Shown piece after piece: positions 10,576 to 22,301 of a stretch of DNA of 64,000 bases (its first letter is position 1; each line of letters opens with the position of its first letter). The stretch is taken from NCBI GenBank assembly GCA_902601545.1, contig CACKNR010000004.1, positions 552 to 64,551 on the forward strand, in the 5' to 3' direction. The notes beneath the pieces were generated by a model. It did not search any database, was not told the DNA's origin, and saw nothing but the letters and a program-made list of their open reading frames with translations. A program made the position numbers and the translations under genes. This DNA comes from an uncultured Pelagibacteraceae bacterium (lineage in GTDB: Bacteria; Pseudomonadota; Alphaproteobacteria; Pelagibacterales; Pelagibacteraceae).

Positions 10576-11815
10576 CATAAAAGACCTAAGAAAAAATCTA
10601 AGTGATTATAAAAAAAAACTTTCACACAGAAATTATGATTTTAAGATTGATGAGTTTGAATCTTTAGACAAAATCAATCGAATGTTAATAAGCGATAAAG
10701 AAAAACTTGAACAAGAAAAAAGAGTTTTATCAAAATCAAAAAATCAGTCAAATTTTGCAAAATCAAAAAAAATTTCAGAAGAAATTTCAAAAATAGCCAA
10801 AAAACAAATTATTGCGCAAAAAAAAATTAACGATTTGATTAACTTTTTACCTAATTTAGCTTTAGACGATGTACCAATTGGAAAAGATGAAAAATCAAAT
10901 AAAATTCTCGGTAAATTCGGAAATATAAGAAAATTTTCTTTTAAACCAAAATCACACGCTGAAATTGGTTTAAAGTATAACCAGATAGACTTTGATATGG
11001 CATCAAAATTATCTGGCGCAAGGTTCGTAATATTAAAAAATAAAATTGCATTATTGGAAAGAGCATTAATTAACTTTATGTTGGATATGCATACTGAAAA
11101 ATTTAAATATACAGAAATTTCTCCACCGTTAATTGTTAATGAGGATGTTATGTTTGGAACTGGACAGCTACCTAAATTCGAAGAAGATCAATTTGAAATA
11201 AAATTTGAAGGCTCTGACCAAAAAAAATTTTTAATTCCTACTGCTGAAGTTGTTTTAACAAACCTCTACAGAAAATCTATTATAAACAAAGATTTACTTC
11301 CATTAAGATTCGTTGCGGCAACTCCTTGTTTTAGAAAAGAGGCAGGTAGTTACGGAAAAGATACAAAGGGAATGATAAGACAACACCAATTTTATAAAGT
11401 TGAATTAGTAAGTATAGTTGAACTTGAAAATTGCAAATTTGAGCTTGATAGAATGTTAAATTGTGCAAAACAGATTTTAGACGAACTAGAAATCCCATAT
11501 CAAGTAGTTTTATTGTCATCAGGTGATATGGGATTTAGTGCTGAAAAAACTTTTGATATAGAGGTATGGATACCTTCTGAAAATAAATACCGAGAGATTT
11601 CTAGTTGTTCATCATGTGGATCTTTTCAAGCCAGAAGAATGGGAACTAAATACAAAACTCAATCTGGCAATGAATTTGCAGGTACACTTAACGGCTCAGG
11701 TTTAGCAGTAGGTAGACTGATAATTGCTTTATTAGAAAATAATCAAAATGAAGATGGCTCAATTTCAATACCAAGTGTGCTAAAAAAATATATGAATAAT
11801 CTTGATAAAATTTAA
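10568..11815 (+). CDS. serS: Serine--tRNA ligase
   Basis: GTGQLPKF, LIPTAEV, CFRKEAGSYG, REISSCS, TLNGSGLAVGR. Confidence 0.98.
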   Translation: MHNIKDLRKNLSDYKKKLSHRNYDFKIDEFESLDKINRMLISDKEKLEQEKRVLSKSKNQSNFAKSKKISEEISKIAKKQIIAQKKINDLINFLPNLALDDVPIGKDEKSNKILGKFGNIRKFSFKPKSHAEIGLKYNQIDFDMASKLSGARFVILKNKIALLERALINFMLDMHTEKFKYTEISPPLIVNEDVMFGTGQLPKFEEDQFEIKFEGSDQKKFLIPTAEVVLTNLYRKSIINKDLLPLRFVAATPCFRKEAGSYGKDTKGMIRQHQFYKVELVSIVELENCKFELDRMLNCAKQILDELEIPYQVVLLSSGDMGFSAEKTFDIEVWIPSENKYREISSCSSCGSFQARRMGTKYKTQSGNEFAGTLNGSGLAVGRLIIALLENNQNEDGSISIPSVLKKYMNNLDKI

Positions 11816-11862
11816 TGAAATTTAACTTGTTAATCTAATTCATTTACTATAATTGTCTTTTC

Positions 11863-12147
11863 ATGAGCGGACAAGGAATTGCACAATTTATACCACTAAT
11901 ATTAATATTTGTTATTTTTTACTTTTTTTTAATTCGACCACAACAAAAAAGAGTTAAAGATCACAAAGCTATGGTTGAGTCTCTTAAAAGAGGCGATGAA
12001 GTTATTACATCTGGTGGTATCATAGGTGTTGTCGATCGTGTTATGGAAGACGATAGAATTGAGGTTGTAATAGGAGAGAGTACTAAAGTTCAAATTATAA
12101 GATCTACAATAACAAGTTTGCTCAAAAAAGAAGAAGTAAAAAAATAA
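11863..12147 (+). CDS. yajC: Preprotein translocase YajC
   Basis: FYFFLIRPQQKR, LKRGDEVITSGGIIG. Confidence 0.96.
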   Translation: MSGQGIAQFIPLILIFVIFYFFLIRPQQKRVKDHKAMVESLKRGDEVITSGGIIGVVDRVMEDDRIEVVIGESTKVQIIRSTITSLLKKEEVKK

Positions 12148-12156
12148 CTCTTTTTT

Positions 12157-13701
12157 GTGTTAAATTTTTCTAAAATAAATATTCTTCTCATCTATTTAAT
12201 ATTTTTTTTTATTTCAATTTTTTCTCTCTTAAATTTTCAAAGTAAAGAAACTCCAATTTTGGAAAAAAAGGTAAATTTAGGTTTAGATCTACAAGGTGGA
12301 TCTTATCTTTTATTAGAGATAAATTCCGATTCATTAGTTAAGGAAAAAATACAATCTAAAGTAATACCAATTAAAAAATTATTAAATGAAAATAATTTAA
12401 AATACAAAGACTTTCAAATTGAGGAAAAAAAATTGATACTAAATGTTAGTGATTTAGAAAAATTCGAATTACTTTTTTTTTCTAAAAAAAATAACTTAGT
12501 AAATTCTTACATTGATATCTATAGAAATTTTGAATTGGATTATAACATACTTGATAAAAATAATATTGAGATTTTATTTTCTAAATACGGATTATTAAAC
12601 ATCAACAATGCGGCATTAAAACAATCTATCGAAATTGTTAGACGAAGAATAGATGATGTAGGTACAAAAGAACCTACAATTCTTCAAAGAGGTGAAAAAA
12701 GAATTTTAGTCGAGTTACCAGGTCTTAAGGATCCGGATAGAATAAAAACACTTCTAGGTAAAACTGCTCAATTGAATTTTAGATTAGTAAGTGAAAATTC
12801 TGAATTCGGAGTTGATGAATTAATTTCAGAAACAGGTGAAACCTTGAAAATAAGTAAACGTATAGTAATGAGTGGTGAAAATTTAGTTGACGCTCAACCA
12901 AGTATTCAAAATCAACAAAACGAACCAACTGTCTCATTTACTTTAGATAGACTTGGAGCTCAAAAATTCGGAAGAGCAACTACAGATAATGTGGGTAAAA
13001 GATTAGCAATTGTTCTTGACGGTAAAATAATTAGTGCACCAAATATAAATGAACCAATCACTTCAGGTAATGGAATGATTTCAGGCAATTTTACTTTTCA
13101 AGAGGCTACCGACCTTGCTTTGTTACTAAGATCAGGAGCTTTGCCAACACCTCTTAATGTTGTGGAAGAACGAACAGTTGGACCTGATTTAGGAGAAGAT
13201 TCTATTAAATCAGGAATTACATCATTAATTGTGGGATTCATTTTAGTAATCATTTTTATGTTTTATAAATATAGATTGTTTGGCTTGGTCGCCAATACTG
13301 CCTTAATTGCTAATTTACTAATGTTAATTGGTATTTTAACAATTTTGGAGGCAACATTAACATTGCCTGGAATAGCAGGAATTATATTAACTGTAGGAAT
13401 GGCAGTTGACGCTAATGTTCTTATATTTGAGAGAATAAGAGAAGAATTAAAATCCGAAAAATCAATAATTCATGCATTTGACTCAGGTTATTCTAAAGCA
13501 AAAATTACAGTTCTTGATGCTAATATAACTACTTTGATTGCTGCAATCATATTATTTGCTTTTGGATCTGGACCAGTGAAAGGGTTTGCTATTACTTTAG
13601 GAATTGGAATTATAACAACACTATTCACAGCTTATTTTTTGGCAAGACATTTAACATCTATTATAGTTTTAAAAAATAACGGTAAAAATATAAAAATTTA
13701 A
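12157..13701 (+). CDS. secD: Protein translocase SecD
   Basis: LGLDLQGG, LRSGALP, GMAVDANVLIFERIREE; GTG start. Confidence 0.97.
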   Translation: MLNFSKINILLIYLIFFFISIFSLLNFQSKETPILEKKVNLGLDLQGGSYLLLEINSDSLVKEKIQSKVIPIKKLLNENNLKYKDFQIEEKKLILNVSDLEKFELLFFSKKNNLVNSYIDIYRNFELDYNILDKNNIEILFSKYGLLNINNAALKQSIEIVRRRIDDVGTKEPTILQRGEKRILVELPGLKDPDRIKTLLGKTAQLNFRLVSENSEFGVDELISETGETLKISKRIVMSGENLVDAQPSIQNQQNEPTVSFTLDRLGAQKFGRATTDNVGKRLAIVLDGKIISAPNINEPITSGNGMISGNFTFQEATDLALLLRSGALPTPLNVVEERTVGPDLGEDSIKSGITSLIVGFILVIIFMFYKYRLFGLVANTALIANLLMLIGILTILEATLTLPGIAGIILTVGMAVDANVLIFERIREELKSEKSIIHAFDSGYSKAKITVLDANITTLIAAIILFAFGSGPVKGFAITLGIGIITTLFTAYFLARHLTSIIVLKNNGKNIKI

Positions 13702-14606
13702 TGATTTATAATATTAATTTTGTTTCAGCTTTCAAAAAGGCAAATATAATTTCAATTATAATATTTACACTGAGTGTATTTTTTGTTTTTTTTAAAGGTT
13801 TAAATTATGGAATAGATTTTAAAGGGGGGACGTTAATTGAATTAAGAACCGATACATCTGTACAAGTTTCATCAATAAGAGAGTCTTTAAAATCAATGAA
13901 CTTAGGCGATGTCAATGTTAAAAGATTTGGTAAGAAGGGCGATTATCTAATTAAAGTTGAGCAAAAAAATACGGATAATAGTAATATCATTCTTGAAATA
14001 AAAAAAACTTTAACAAATAGTTTAAATTCAGAATTAGATTTTAGAAGAGTAGAAAATGTTGGTCCTAAAGTAAGTTCTGAATTACTAGAGTCCTCAATAA
14101 TTGCAATTTCCCTGGCCTTGGCTGCAATGCTTTTCTATATTTGGGTACGTTTTGAATGGCAATTTAGCGTCGGTTCAATAATAGCATTGTTTCATGACGT
14201 TGTAATTACGCTTGGTATTTTTTCTTTTTTATCTTTAGAAATAAATTTATCTATTATAGCTGCTGTATTAACTATAGTTGGATATTCAATGAATGATACT
14301 GTGGTAATTTATGACAGAATAAGAGAAAATTTATTAAAATACAATAAAGTTGACATAAGTGATATTTCTAATCTTTCAATCAATGAGACACTTGCAAGAA
14401 CTATTATTACATCAGTTACTACGTTGTTAGCGTTGATTTCTATTTATATATTAGGCGGGGAAATCTTAAGAGGTTTTTCTTTTGCTATGATTTTGGGTGT
14501 TTTAATTGGAACTTATTCATCTATTTTTGTAGCTTCTCCAATATTAAAACTATTAAAAGTAAGTTATAAAACTTTAGAAAAAGAGGAAGAAAAAATTTTA
14601 CCTTAA
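13701..14606 (+). CDS. secF: Protein translocase SecF
   Basis: GIDFKGG, VGPKV, GYSMNDTVVIYDRIREN, GTYSSIF. Confidence 0.97.
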   Translation: MIYNINFVSAFKKANIISIIIFTLSVFFVFFKGLNYGIDFKGGTLIELRTDTSVQVSSIRESLKSMNLGDVNVKRFGKKGDYLIKVEQKNTDNSNIILEIKKTLTNSLNSELDFRRVENVGPKVSSELLESSIIAISLALAAMLFYIWVRFEWQFSVGSIIALFHDVVITLGIFSFLSLEINLSIIAAVLTIVGYSMNDTVVIYDRIRENLLKYNKVDISDISNLSINETLARTIITSVTTLLALISIYILGGEILRGFSFAMILGVLIGTYSSIFVASPILKLLKVSYKTLEKEEEKILP

Positions 14607-15209
14607 CTAATAGAGATTTTGAGCTGCAACCATTGAGAGTAGCATAGGAAATGATAATAAAGTATTTGCTCTTGAAAAGAGCATTGCTGTCTTTGCTGAC
14701 TTTGCCTTTTCCTCTGGAGTACTATCAATTATTCCTAAAGCTTTTTTTTGATTTGGCCAAATTACGAACCAAACATTATAAGCCATTATAATTCCAAGCC
14801 ACATACCTATCCCTATTGCTGTAGACTTAGGATCACCACTTCCAATACCTAATATCATCGCTTGATGCACATATCCTTGAAGGTATGAAACTATTAATCC
14901 TGAAATTATAGTACCGAGGGCGGCCCATCTAAACCAGAATAAAGCTTTTGGTGCTATAACTTTGCCTATAGCTGGTTTTTGTTCATCAGGAATGTTAGGC
15001 ATAGATGGTATTTGGACAAAATTAAAATACCATAACAAACCAATCCACATAATTCCGGTTAAAACATGAATATATCTGAATAACCAACTAAAGAAATATC
15101 TATCAAACGCAAACCCATCACCAAAAAAATGTAAACCAAGAAGTAATAGAACCGCTATACCCAGAGATAAATGGACTGTTTTTGATAGTGATTGAAGTAT
15201 TGTTGTCAT
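14607..15209 (-). CDS. Membrane protein resembling the PuuD urate-oxidase N-terminal domain
   Basis: RYIHVLTGIMWIGLLWYFNF, LFWFRW, MAYNVWFVIWPNQKK; no CxxCH. Confidence 0.7.
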   Translation of the reverse strand: MTTILQSLSKTVHLSLGIAVLLLLGLHFFGDGFAFDRYFFSWLFRYIHVLTGIMWIGLLWYFNFVQIPSMPNIPDEQKPAIGKVIAPKALFWFRWAALGTIISGLIVSYLQGYVHQAMILGIGSGDPKSTAIGIGMWLGIIMAYNVWFVIWPNQKKALGIIDSTPEEKAKSAKTAMLFSRANTLLSFPMLLSMVAAQNLY

Positions 15210-15236
15210 GATTCTTTTATATCATAAAATATGTTT

Positions 15237-18116
15237 TTAAGCAGTCTTTTTCATTGATTTGTTAGCGATTATTTCTCTTATGAAATTACCTGTATAGCTC
15301 TCTTTAATTAAAGAAACTTTTTCTGGTGTTCCTTCTGCAATTATTTTTCCACCATTAATGCCGCCTTCAGGACCCATATCTATTATATGATCTGCAGTTT
15401 TAATTACATCAAGGTTGTGCTCAATAACAACTACGGTATTTCCCGTGTTAGCGAAGGCCTGTAATATTTCTAACAACTTCTTGATATCATGAGAGTGTAA
15501 ACCAGTTGTTGGTTCATCTAATATATATAGAGTGCGACCTGTTGGTCTTTTTGACAATTCTTTTGCTAATTTAATTCTTTGAGCTTCCCCTCCAGACAAA
15601 GTCGTAGCTTGTTGACCAATTTTCATATACCCAAGACCAACATGTTTTAGAGTGATTAATTTTGATTTAATGCTCTGAATATTTTCAAAAAATTCACAAC
15701 CTTCATCAACTGTCATATCTAAAACATCAGCAATATTCTTATTTTTAAATCTTATTTCAAGTGTTTCTCGATTGTACCTTGCCCCTTTACAGGTATCACA
15801 CGGAATAAAGACATCAGGCAAAAAATGCATTTCGTAAGTTAAAACACCATCTCCTTCACAAGTTTCACATCTACCTCCTTTTACATTGAAAGAATATCTA
15901 CCAACTTTATAACCTCTTGCTTTTGACTCTGGTAATCCAGCAAACCACTCTCTAATTGGACCAAAAGCTCCAGTATAAGTAGCTGGATTAGATCTTGGAG
16001 TTCTTCCTATAGGTGACTGATCTATATCAATCACTTTATCTATTAATTCAGTGCCTTTGAAACCTGTAAAAGCTTTAGGTACTTTTCGACTTTTATTCTT
16101 ATTTAAAATTAAATTAAAAGCGTTATATAATGTTTGCAATATCAAAGTTGATTTTCCACTACCTGAAACACCTGTGACACAAGTAAAAGTTCCTACCGGT
16201 ATTTTTAGATTTACCTTTTTTAAATTATTACCACTCGCTCCGTTTATTTCAATGTGTCTCCCATTTTTTGCGGACCTTCTTTTTTTTGGTATAGGAATAT
16301 ATTTTTTTCCTGACAAATAATTACCAGTTATACTACTTTCATTTTGTATTATTTGTTTAACTTCTCCCTCTGCAACTATTTGACCACCTTTTAATCCAGC
16401 TTCAGGACCAATATCAATAATATGATCAGAGCTTTCCATTGTTTCAATGTCGTGCTCGACTACAATAACTGTATTACCTAAGTCTCTTAATCTTTTTAAT
16501 GCTGTTATTAATTTCTTATTATCTCTTTGATGTAATCCAATAGAAGGCTCATCTAACACGTAAAGAACCCCTGTAAGACCCGAGCCGATTTGTGATGCCA
16601 ATCGTATTCTTTGGGCTTCACCGCCTGAAAGAGTGCCGGACTCCCTTGATAAAGTAAGATAATTTAATCCAACGTTTAAAAGAAAATTTAATCTTTCATT
16701 AATTTCCTTTAGTATATGTTGAGATATTTTTTTTTCTTTTTCATTTAAAACCATTTCTAAATCTAAAAACCATTTTTGAGCAACATCGATAGATTTTTCT
16801 GTCACTTGGCTTATGTTCAGGTTATTTATCTTTACACATAGAGCTTCATCTTTTAATCTCATCCCATTACATTTTTCACAATCTGTTTCACTTTGATATT
16901 GGGATATCTCTTCTCTTTTCCATTCACTGTCAGTCTCTAAATATCGTCTTTCTAAATTATTAATAACACCTTCGAACGTTTTTTTTGTTGTATATGACTC
17001 ATATCCGTCATCATACGAAAATTTTATTTCCTCTTCGTCTGATCCGTATAAAAAGACATCTTGAACCTTTTTTGGAATTTTTTTCCAAGGATCTGATAAA
17101 GAGATTTTATAATGTTTTGCAATAGATGCTATTGTTTGAGCATAATATAAAGATGTAGATTTGGCCCAAGGTTCAATAACACCATCTTGGAGACTTTTTT
17201 TATGGTCAGAAACTACAAGATTAGGATCAACATTTAAATTGTGACCTATACCCTCACATTCCTCACAAGCACCATATGGTGAGTTAAAAGAAAACAATCT
17301 AGGCTCTATTTCCTCAATTGTAAATCCACTTTCTGGACATGAGAACTTTGATGAAAAAGTTATAACTTCTTTTTTCCTTAATTTTTTTGGCAATGTTTCA
17401 TTCTCATATTCCACTATTAACAAACCATCAGAAAGATTGACAGCGGTCTCAACACTATCTGCCAATCTGTTCCCCAGATTTGAATTTAAAATAATTCTAT
17501 CAACAATAATAGAAATATCATGCTTTACTTTTTTATTTAGATTTGGAAATTCATCTATATTTAAGTATTTTCCGTCAACTTTAATTTTTGAAAACCCTCT
17601 TTTTTTATAATTAAGTATTTCTTTTTTATATTCTCCTTTTCTTCCACGCACTACTGGAGCCAGTAAATAAATAGTATTATTCTTTGGAAGTTTTTTTATT
17701 TTATCAACCATTTCACTTATTGGCTGCGATTTAATGGGTTTTCCGGTAAAAGGTGAATAAGGAATTCCTATTCTTGCGAATAAAACTCTCATATAATCGT
17801 AAATCTCTGTTACTGTGGCAACAGTTGACCTTGGGTTTTTAGATGTATTTTTTTGTTCAATTGATATTGCAGGACTTAATCCCTCAATAAAATCTACATT
17901 TGGCTTTTTCATTTTATCTAGAAATTGTCTTGCATACGAAGATAAGCTTTCCACATATCTTCTTTGTCCTTCAGCATAAATGGTATCAAAGGCTAAAGAA
18001 GATTTCCCGGACCCAGATAGACCAGTTATAACAACTAATTTCTCTTTTGGAATTTCAAGAGAAACATTTTTCAAGTTGTGTTCTTTAGCGCCTTTTACAA
18101 CGATTTTTTTCAACAT
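15237..18116 (-). CDS. uvrA: Excinuclease ABC subunit A
   Basis: [14 protein letters not shown], two LSGGEAQRI signatures, GVSGSGKST. Confidence 0.98.
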   Translation of the reverse strand: MLKKIVVKGAKEHNLKNVSLEIPKEKLVVITGLSGSGKSSLAFDTIYAEGQRRYVESLSSYARQFLDKMKKPNVDFIEGLSPAISIEQKNTSKNPRSTVATVTEIYDYMRVLFARIGIPYSPFTGKPIKSQPISEMVDKIKKLPKNNTIYLLAPVVRGRKGEYKKEILNYKKRGFSKIKVDGKYLNIDEFPNLNKKVKHDISIIVDRIILNSNLGNRLADSVETAVNLSDGLLIVEYENETLPKKLRKKEVITFSSKFSCPESGFTIEEIEPRLFSFNSPYGACEECEGIGHNLNVDPNLVVSDHKKSLQDGVIEPWAKSTSLYYAQTIASIAKHYKISLSDPWKKIPKKVQDVFLYGSDEEEIKFSYDDGYESYTTKKTFEGVINNLERRYLETDSEWKREEISQYQSETDCEKCNGMRLKDEALCVKINNLNISQVTEKSIDVAQKWFLDLEMVLNEKEKKISQHILKEINERLNFLLNVGLNYLTLSRESGTLSGGEAQRIRLASQIGSGLTGVLYVLDEPSIGLHQRDNKKLITALKRLRDLGNTVIVVEHDIETMESSDHIIDIGPEAGLKGGQIVAEGEVKQIIQNESSITGNYLSGKKYIPIPKKRRSAKNGRHIEINGASGNNLKKVNLKIPVGTFTCVTGVSGSGKSTLILQTLYNAFNLILNKNKSRKVPKAFTGFKGTELIDKVIDIDQSPIGRTPRSNPATYTGAFGPIREWFAGLPESKARGYKVGRYSFNVKGGRCETCEGDGVLTYEMHFLPDVFIPCDTCKGARYNRETLEIRFKNKNIADVLDMTVDEGCEFFENIQSIKSKLITLKHVGLGYMKIGQQATTLSGGEAQRIKLAKELSKRPTGRTLYILDEPTTGLHSHDIKKLLEILQAFANTGNTVVVIEHNLDVIKTADHIIDMGPEGGINGGKIIAEGTPEKVSLIKESYTGNFIREIIANKSMKKTA

Positions 18117-18215
18117 TTCTTCCTTATAAAATAATAATCATCTTATATTTACTTTTCAAATATGATATAAATAAAGACTTAAAAAAATAATAAAATCAAT
18201 TTTATTCAAAATATT

Positions 18216-18674
18216 ATGGCTGGAAGTTTAAATAAAGTACAATTAATAGGTCGTTTAGGCGCAGACCCAGAAATTAAGCAAATGGTGAATGGTAAAAATG
18301 TTGCTAGATTAAGTATAGCCACAAGCCAATCTTGGAAAGACAAATCTAGTGGAGAGAGAAAAGAAAAAACCGAGTGGCATCGAGTTGTCATATTTAATGA
18401 GGGTCTAGTTAATGTTGTTCAACAATATGTTAAAAAGGGTGCGAATGTATATATTGAGGGACAATTGAGCACCAGAAAATGGAAAGATGAGGCTACCGGG
18501 CAAGATAAGTATTCAACAGAAATAGTTCTGCAAGGTTATAACTCTAGTTTGACAATGCTTGACAGCAGAAATAGTAATAATAGCTCAAATCTTGTATCTG
18601 ATAACAAAAGTTCATTACCCAATGAAAATTTAAATCAAGAAAATTCTGATTTAGATGATGAAATTCCTTTTTAA
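18216..18674 (+). CDS. ssb: Single-stranded DNA-binding protein
   Basis: LNKVQLIGRLGADPE, TEWHRVV, C-terminal DDEIPF. Confidence 0.98.
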   Translation: MAGSLNKVQLIGRLGADPEIKQMVNGKNVARLSIATSQSWKDKSSGERKEKTEWHRVVIFNEGLVNVVQQYVKKGANVYIEGQLSTRKWKDEATGQDKYSTEIVLQGYNSSLTMLDSRNSNNSSNLVSDNKSSLPNENLNQENSDLDDEIPF

Positions 18675-18680
18675 AATTTC

Positions 18681-21254
18681 ATGGAAAAAAATATTGTAGA
18701 AAAAAATAAATCTTTTAAACCAATATTTGTTCAAGATGAAATGAGCTCATCTTATCTTTCTTATGCGATGAGCGTCATTGTTAGTAGAGCTCTTCCCGAT
18801 GTAAGAGATGGATTAAAGCCTGTTCATAGAAGAATAATTTATGCGATGTATAAAGGCGGTTATGACTGGTCAAAACCTTTTAGAAAATCTGCAAGAATTG
18901 TTGGAGATGTAATTGGTAAATATCATCCTCATGGAGATCAATCTGTTTATGATGCTTTAGTAAGATTAGTACAAGATTTTTCTATGAGTGTTCCATTAAT
19001 CTCTGGGCAAGGAAATTTTGGATCAATAGATGGCGATCCACCTGCAGCAATGAGATATACTGAGACAAAATTAGGTAGAATTGCTCAATTTTTAACTGAG
19101 GACTTAGAAAAAAATACAGTTACTTTTAGAAGTAATTACGATGAAACAGAAAAAGAGCCAGAAGTTCTTCCCTCACAGTACCCTAATATTTTAGTAAATG
19201 GAGCTGGTGGTATTGCGGTGGGTATGGCAACAAGCATACCTCCACATAATTTAGGTGAAATAATCAATGCTACTATCGCTTTAATAAATAATAAAGAGAT
19301 TACAATTAGTCAGTTGATGAAACATGTTCCTGGACCAGATTTTCCTACCGGTGGAGTAATAATCGGTAAAGATATCATTAAGCAAGGTTATAATAAAGGT
19401 AGAGGTTCATTTAAAATAAGAGGTGAAATTGAATTTGAAGAAAAAAAAGGTGGAAGAGACATATTGGTAATAAAATCTATACCTTACCAAGTTAATAAAT
19501 CAATTTTGATTGAAAAAATAGCTCAGCTAGTAAGAGATAAAAAAATTGAAGGGATAAGAGATTTAAGGGATGAGTCCAATCGTGAAGGAATAAGAGTAGT
19601 AATAGAATTAAGAAAGGGCGTAGAACCAGAAACAATCAGAAGACAACTTTATAAATTAACAAATATAGAAAGTTCTTTTGGATTTAATACTTTGGCTATT
19701 GTAAATAATAAACCTAAAATTTTAAACTTAAAGGAATTTATTTCTGAGTTTTTAAAATTTAGAGAAACTACAGTTCTCAAAAGAGTAAAGTTTGATTTAC
19801 ATAAAGCAGAAGAAAAAGCTCATATTCTTATAGGTCTTGCTACTGCCGTAGAAAATATTGATGAAATTATTAAGATTATAAAAAATTCTAAAAATACTGA
19901 AAACGCTAAAAAAAATCTACTTTCAAAAAAATGGAAAGTTAAAAAGAGTTTGAAAATGATTAGTTTAATTGAAAAGAAAAAAACAGTTTCAAATTATCAA
20001 CTTTCAAATCTGCAAGTAGATGCAATTTTAGAATTAAGGCTACAAAAACTTACTGCCTTCGGAATAAGCGAAATAGAGACTGAGATTTCAAAACTTTCAA
20101 AATTGATAATTGATTATAATAAAATACTTAATTCAAAAAAAGCCCTTTATGGTTTGATTATAGATGAGCTTGAAAAGATAAAAGATAAATTTTCATCTCC
20201 AAGGAAAACAAAAATTATAGATGCAGTTTTAAATTATAATATTGAAGAAACAATTCAAAAAGAGTCAGTTGTAATAAATATTACAAATCAAGGTTACATT
20301 AAAAGAGGCCCTTTAAGTTCATTAAAAGCCCAAAAAAGGGGAGGGAAAGGTAGAACAGGTATTTCTACAAGAGAGGATGATTTCGTTGTTCAAATTTTTA
20401 CAGCTAACACTCATACACCTGTCTTATTTTTTTCAACACAGGGACTTGTTTATAAAATTAAAGCTCATAAAATTCCTGAAGGGACAACAGCTTCAAAAGG
20501 GAAATCAATATTTAATATTTTACCTTTAAAAAGCCATCACTCTATAAGCTCTATAATGCCTCTGCCGGAAGATGAAACTGAGTGGAAAAATCTTATGATT
20601 ATATTTGCTACTTCCAAAGGCAATGTTAGAAAAAACACTTTAGAAGACTTCGTTAATATAAATAACAGCGGAAAGATCGCAATGAAATTGGATCAAGATG
20701 ATAAGATAATTGGTGTTAAAATATGTAAAGATGATCAAGATATTTTATTGAGTACACAATTTGGTAAATGTATAAGATTTAAATCTAAAAAATTAAGATT
20801 ATTTAAAGGTAGATCATCTAAAGGAATAAAAGGAATTGAACTTAAAGAAAAAGACAAAGTAATTTCTTTATCAATAATAGATAATACTCAAATTGATACA
20901 AAAACTTTAAATAATGAAAAGAAAATTAAAGATGCTGTTGACAGATTTATATTATCTGTTTCAGAAAATGGCTACGGCAAAAGATCATCTTATAGAGATT
21001 ATAGGGTAACAAACCGAGGTGGAAAAGGAATTATAGGAATAATAAACTCACCAAGAAACGGAAATATCGCCTCTTCACTTATTGTGACCGAAGATGATGA
21101 GATACTATTATCAACTGACAAAGGCAGTATAATGAGATGCGCTGTTAAAGAAATAAGAATAGCTGGAAGAAATACTCAAGGTGTGAGAATAAAAAAATTA
21201 TCGGGATCAGAAAAAGTTGTTTCAGTAATTAAGATTGAGGATAACATAAATTAG
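18681..21254 (+). CDS. gyrA: DNA gyrase subunit A
   Basis: [22 protein letters not shown], GyrA box QKRGGKG. Confidence 0.98.
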   Translation: MEKNIVEKNKSFKPIFVQDEMSSSYLSYAMSVIVSRALPDVRDGLKPVHRRIIYAMYKGGYDWSKPFRKSARIVGDVIGKYHPHGDQSVYDALVRLVQDFSMSVPLISGQGNFGSIDGDPPAAMRYTETKLGRIAQFLTEDLEKNTVTFRSNYDETEKEPEVLPSQYPNILVNGAGGIAVGMATSIPPHNLGEIINATIALINNKEITISQLMKHVPGPDFPTGGVIIGKDIIKQGYNKGRGSFKIRGEIEFEEKKGGRDILVIKSIPYQVNKSILIEKIAQLVRDKKIEGIRDLRDESNREGIRVVIELRKGVEPETIRRQLYKLTNIESSFGFNTLAIVNNKPKILNLKEFISEFLKFRETTVLKRVKFDLHKAEEKAHILIGLATAVENIDEIIKIIKNSKNTENAKKNLLSKKWKVKKSLKMISLIEKKKTVSNYQLSNLQVDAILELRLQKLTAFGISEIETEISKLSKLIIDYNKILNSKKALYGLIIDELEKIKDKFSSPRKTKIIDAVLNYNIEETIQKESVVINITNQGYIKRGPLSSLKAQKRGGKGRTGISTREDDFVVQIFTANTHTPVLFFSTQGLVYKIKAHKIPEGTTASKGKSIFNILPLKSHHSISSIMPLPEDETEWKNLMIIFATSKGNVRKNTLEDFVNINNSGKIAMKLDQDDKIIGVKICKDDQDILLSTQFGKCIRFKSKKLRLFKGRSSKGIKGIELKEKDKVISLSIIDNTQIDTKTLNNEKKIKDAVDRFILSVSENGYGKRSSYRDYRVTNRGGKGIIGIINSPRNGNIASSLIVTEDDEILLSTDKGSIMRCAVKEIRIAGRNTQGVRIKKLSGSEKVVSVIKIEDNIN

Positions 21255-21743
21255 ATGAAAACTGCTGTTTATCCAGGTACATTCGATCCAATTACTTATG
21301 GACATATTGACGTTATAAAAAAATCTTTAAAAATATTTGATAAAGTTGTTGTAGCAACGACTGATAATGGGGACAAAGATTATTTTTTTTCCATTGAAGA
21401 AAGATTAGATATTATCAATAATTCTTTATTTAAAGATTTAAGATTTAATAAAAAAAAAGTTAAAGTTATCTCATTTAGTAATTTAACAATAGATTTATGT
21501 AAAAAATATCAAGCTTCTTCCATAATCAGAGGATTGAGGGCAGTATCAGATTTTGAATATGAATTTCAATTGGCAGGAATGAATAAAAAATTAAATTCAA
21601 AAATTGAAACAATGTTTTTGATGTCAGATATAGAACACCAAATAATATCTTCAAAATTTGTTAAAGAAATTGCAAAATTAGATGGTAATATCGACAGATT
21701 CGTTACTAAATATACAGTTAAAATGTTGAAAAACAAATATTAA
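21255..21743 (+). CDS. coaD: Phosphopantetheine adenylyltransferase
   Basis: YPGTFDPITYGH, RGLRAVSDFEYE, ISSKFVKE. Confidence 0.97.
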   Translation: MKTAVYPGTFDPITYGHIDVIKKSLKIFDKVVVATTDNGDKDYFFSIEERLDIINNSLFKDLRFNKKKVKVISFSNLTIDLCKKYQASSIIRGLRAVSDFEYEFQLAGMNKKLNSKIETMFLMSDIEHQIISSKFVKEIAKLDGNIDRFVTKYTVKMLKNKY

Positions 21744-22297
21744 TGAAACGATTAATTTATTTATTTATTTTTTTTTTTATTTTAGTTAGTACTAAGGTTA
21801 TGGCAAATGAAATTATGATATTAAAATTAGAATATGGAAATGTAGAAATTGAGCTTTACCCTGACAAAGCTCCAAATCATGTAAAGAGATTTAAGGAACT
21901 TTCAAATAGCGGAAAATATGATGGAGTAGTGTTTCATAGGGTAATCGATGGCTTTATGGCTCAAACAGGAGATGTAAAATTTGGTAACTCTAATAATTCA
22001 GAATTTAATTTGTCATTAGCAGGTACTGGCGGATCTGATTTACCAAATTTAAAAGCTGAATTTACCGATATAGCACACACCAGAGGCATTCTTTCGGCAG
22101 CTAGATCTGCTGATCCAAATAGTGCAAATAGTCAATTTTTTATCTGTTTTGACTCAGCTCCACATTTAGACAGACAATATAGTGTGTTTGGAAAAGTTAT
22201 AAGTGGAATGGAGTTTGTTGATAAAATAAAAAAAGGTGATCCAAGATCTGGCGCTGTACCAAATCCAGATAAGATTCTTTCTTTAAGATCCAAATAA
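21743..22297 (+). CDS. Cyclophilin-type peptidyl-prolyl isomerase, exported
   Basis: Signal peptide; FHRVIDGFMAQTG, SANSQFFI, YSVFGKV. Confidence 0.93.
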   Translation: MKRLIYLFIFFFILVSTKVMANEIMILKLEYGNVEIELYPDKAPNHVKRFKELSNSGKYDGVVFHRVIDGFMAQTGDVKFGNSNNSEFNLSLAGTGGSDLPNLKAEFTDIAHTRGILSAARSADPNSANSQFFICFDSAPHLDRQYSVFGKVISGMEFVDKIKKGDPRSGAVPNPDKILSLRSK

Positions 22298-22301
22298 TTT
22301 A

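Noticed and set aside
11816-11862. Absence of surE-pcm-nlpD after serS (and of mfd after sdhE)
   Set aside because: Ordinary gene loss or rearrangement in a streamlined genome; cannot be judged from one window
18117-18215. LexA/SOS box between uvrA and ssb
   Set aside because: No GTTC-N7-GTTC / GAAC-N7-GAAC or CTGT-N8-ACAG visible
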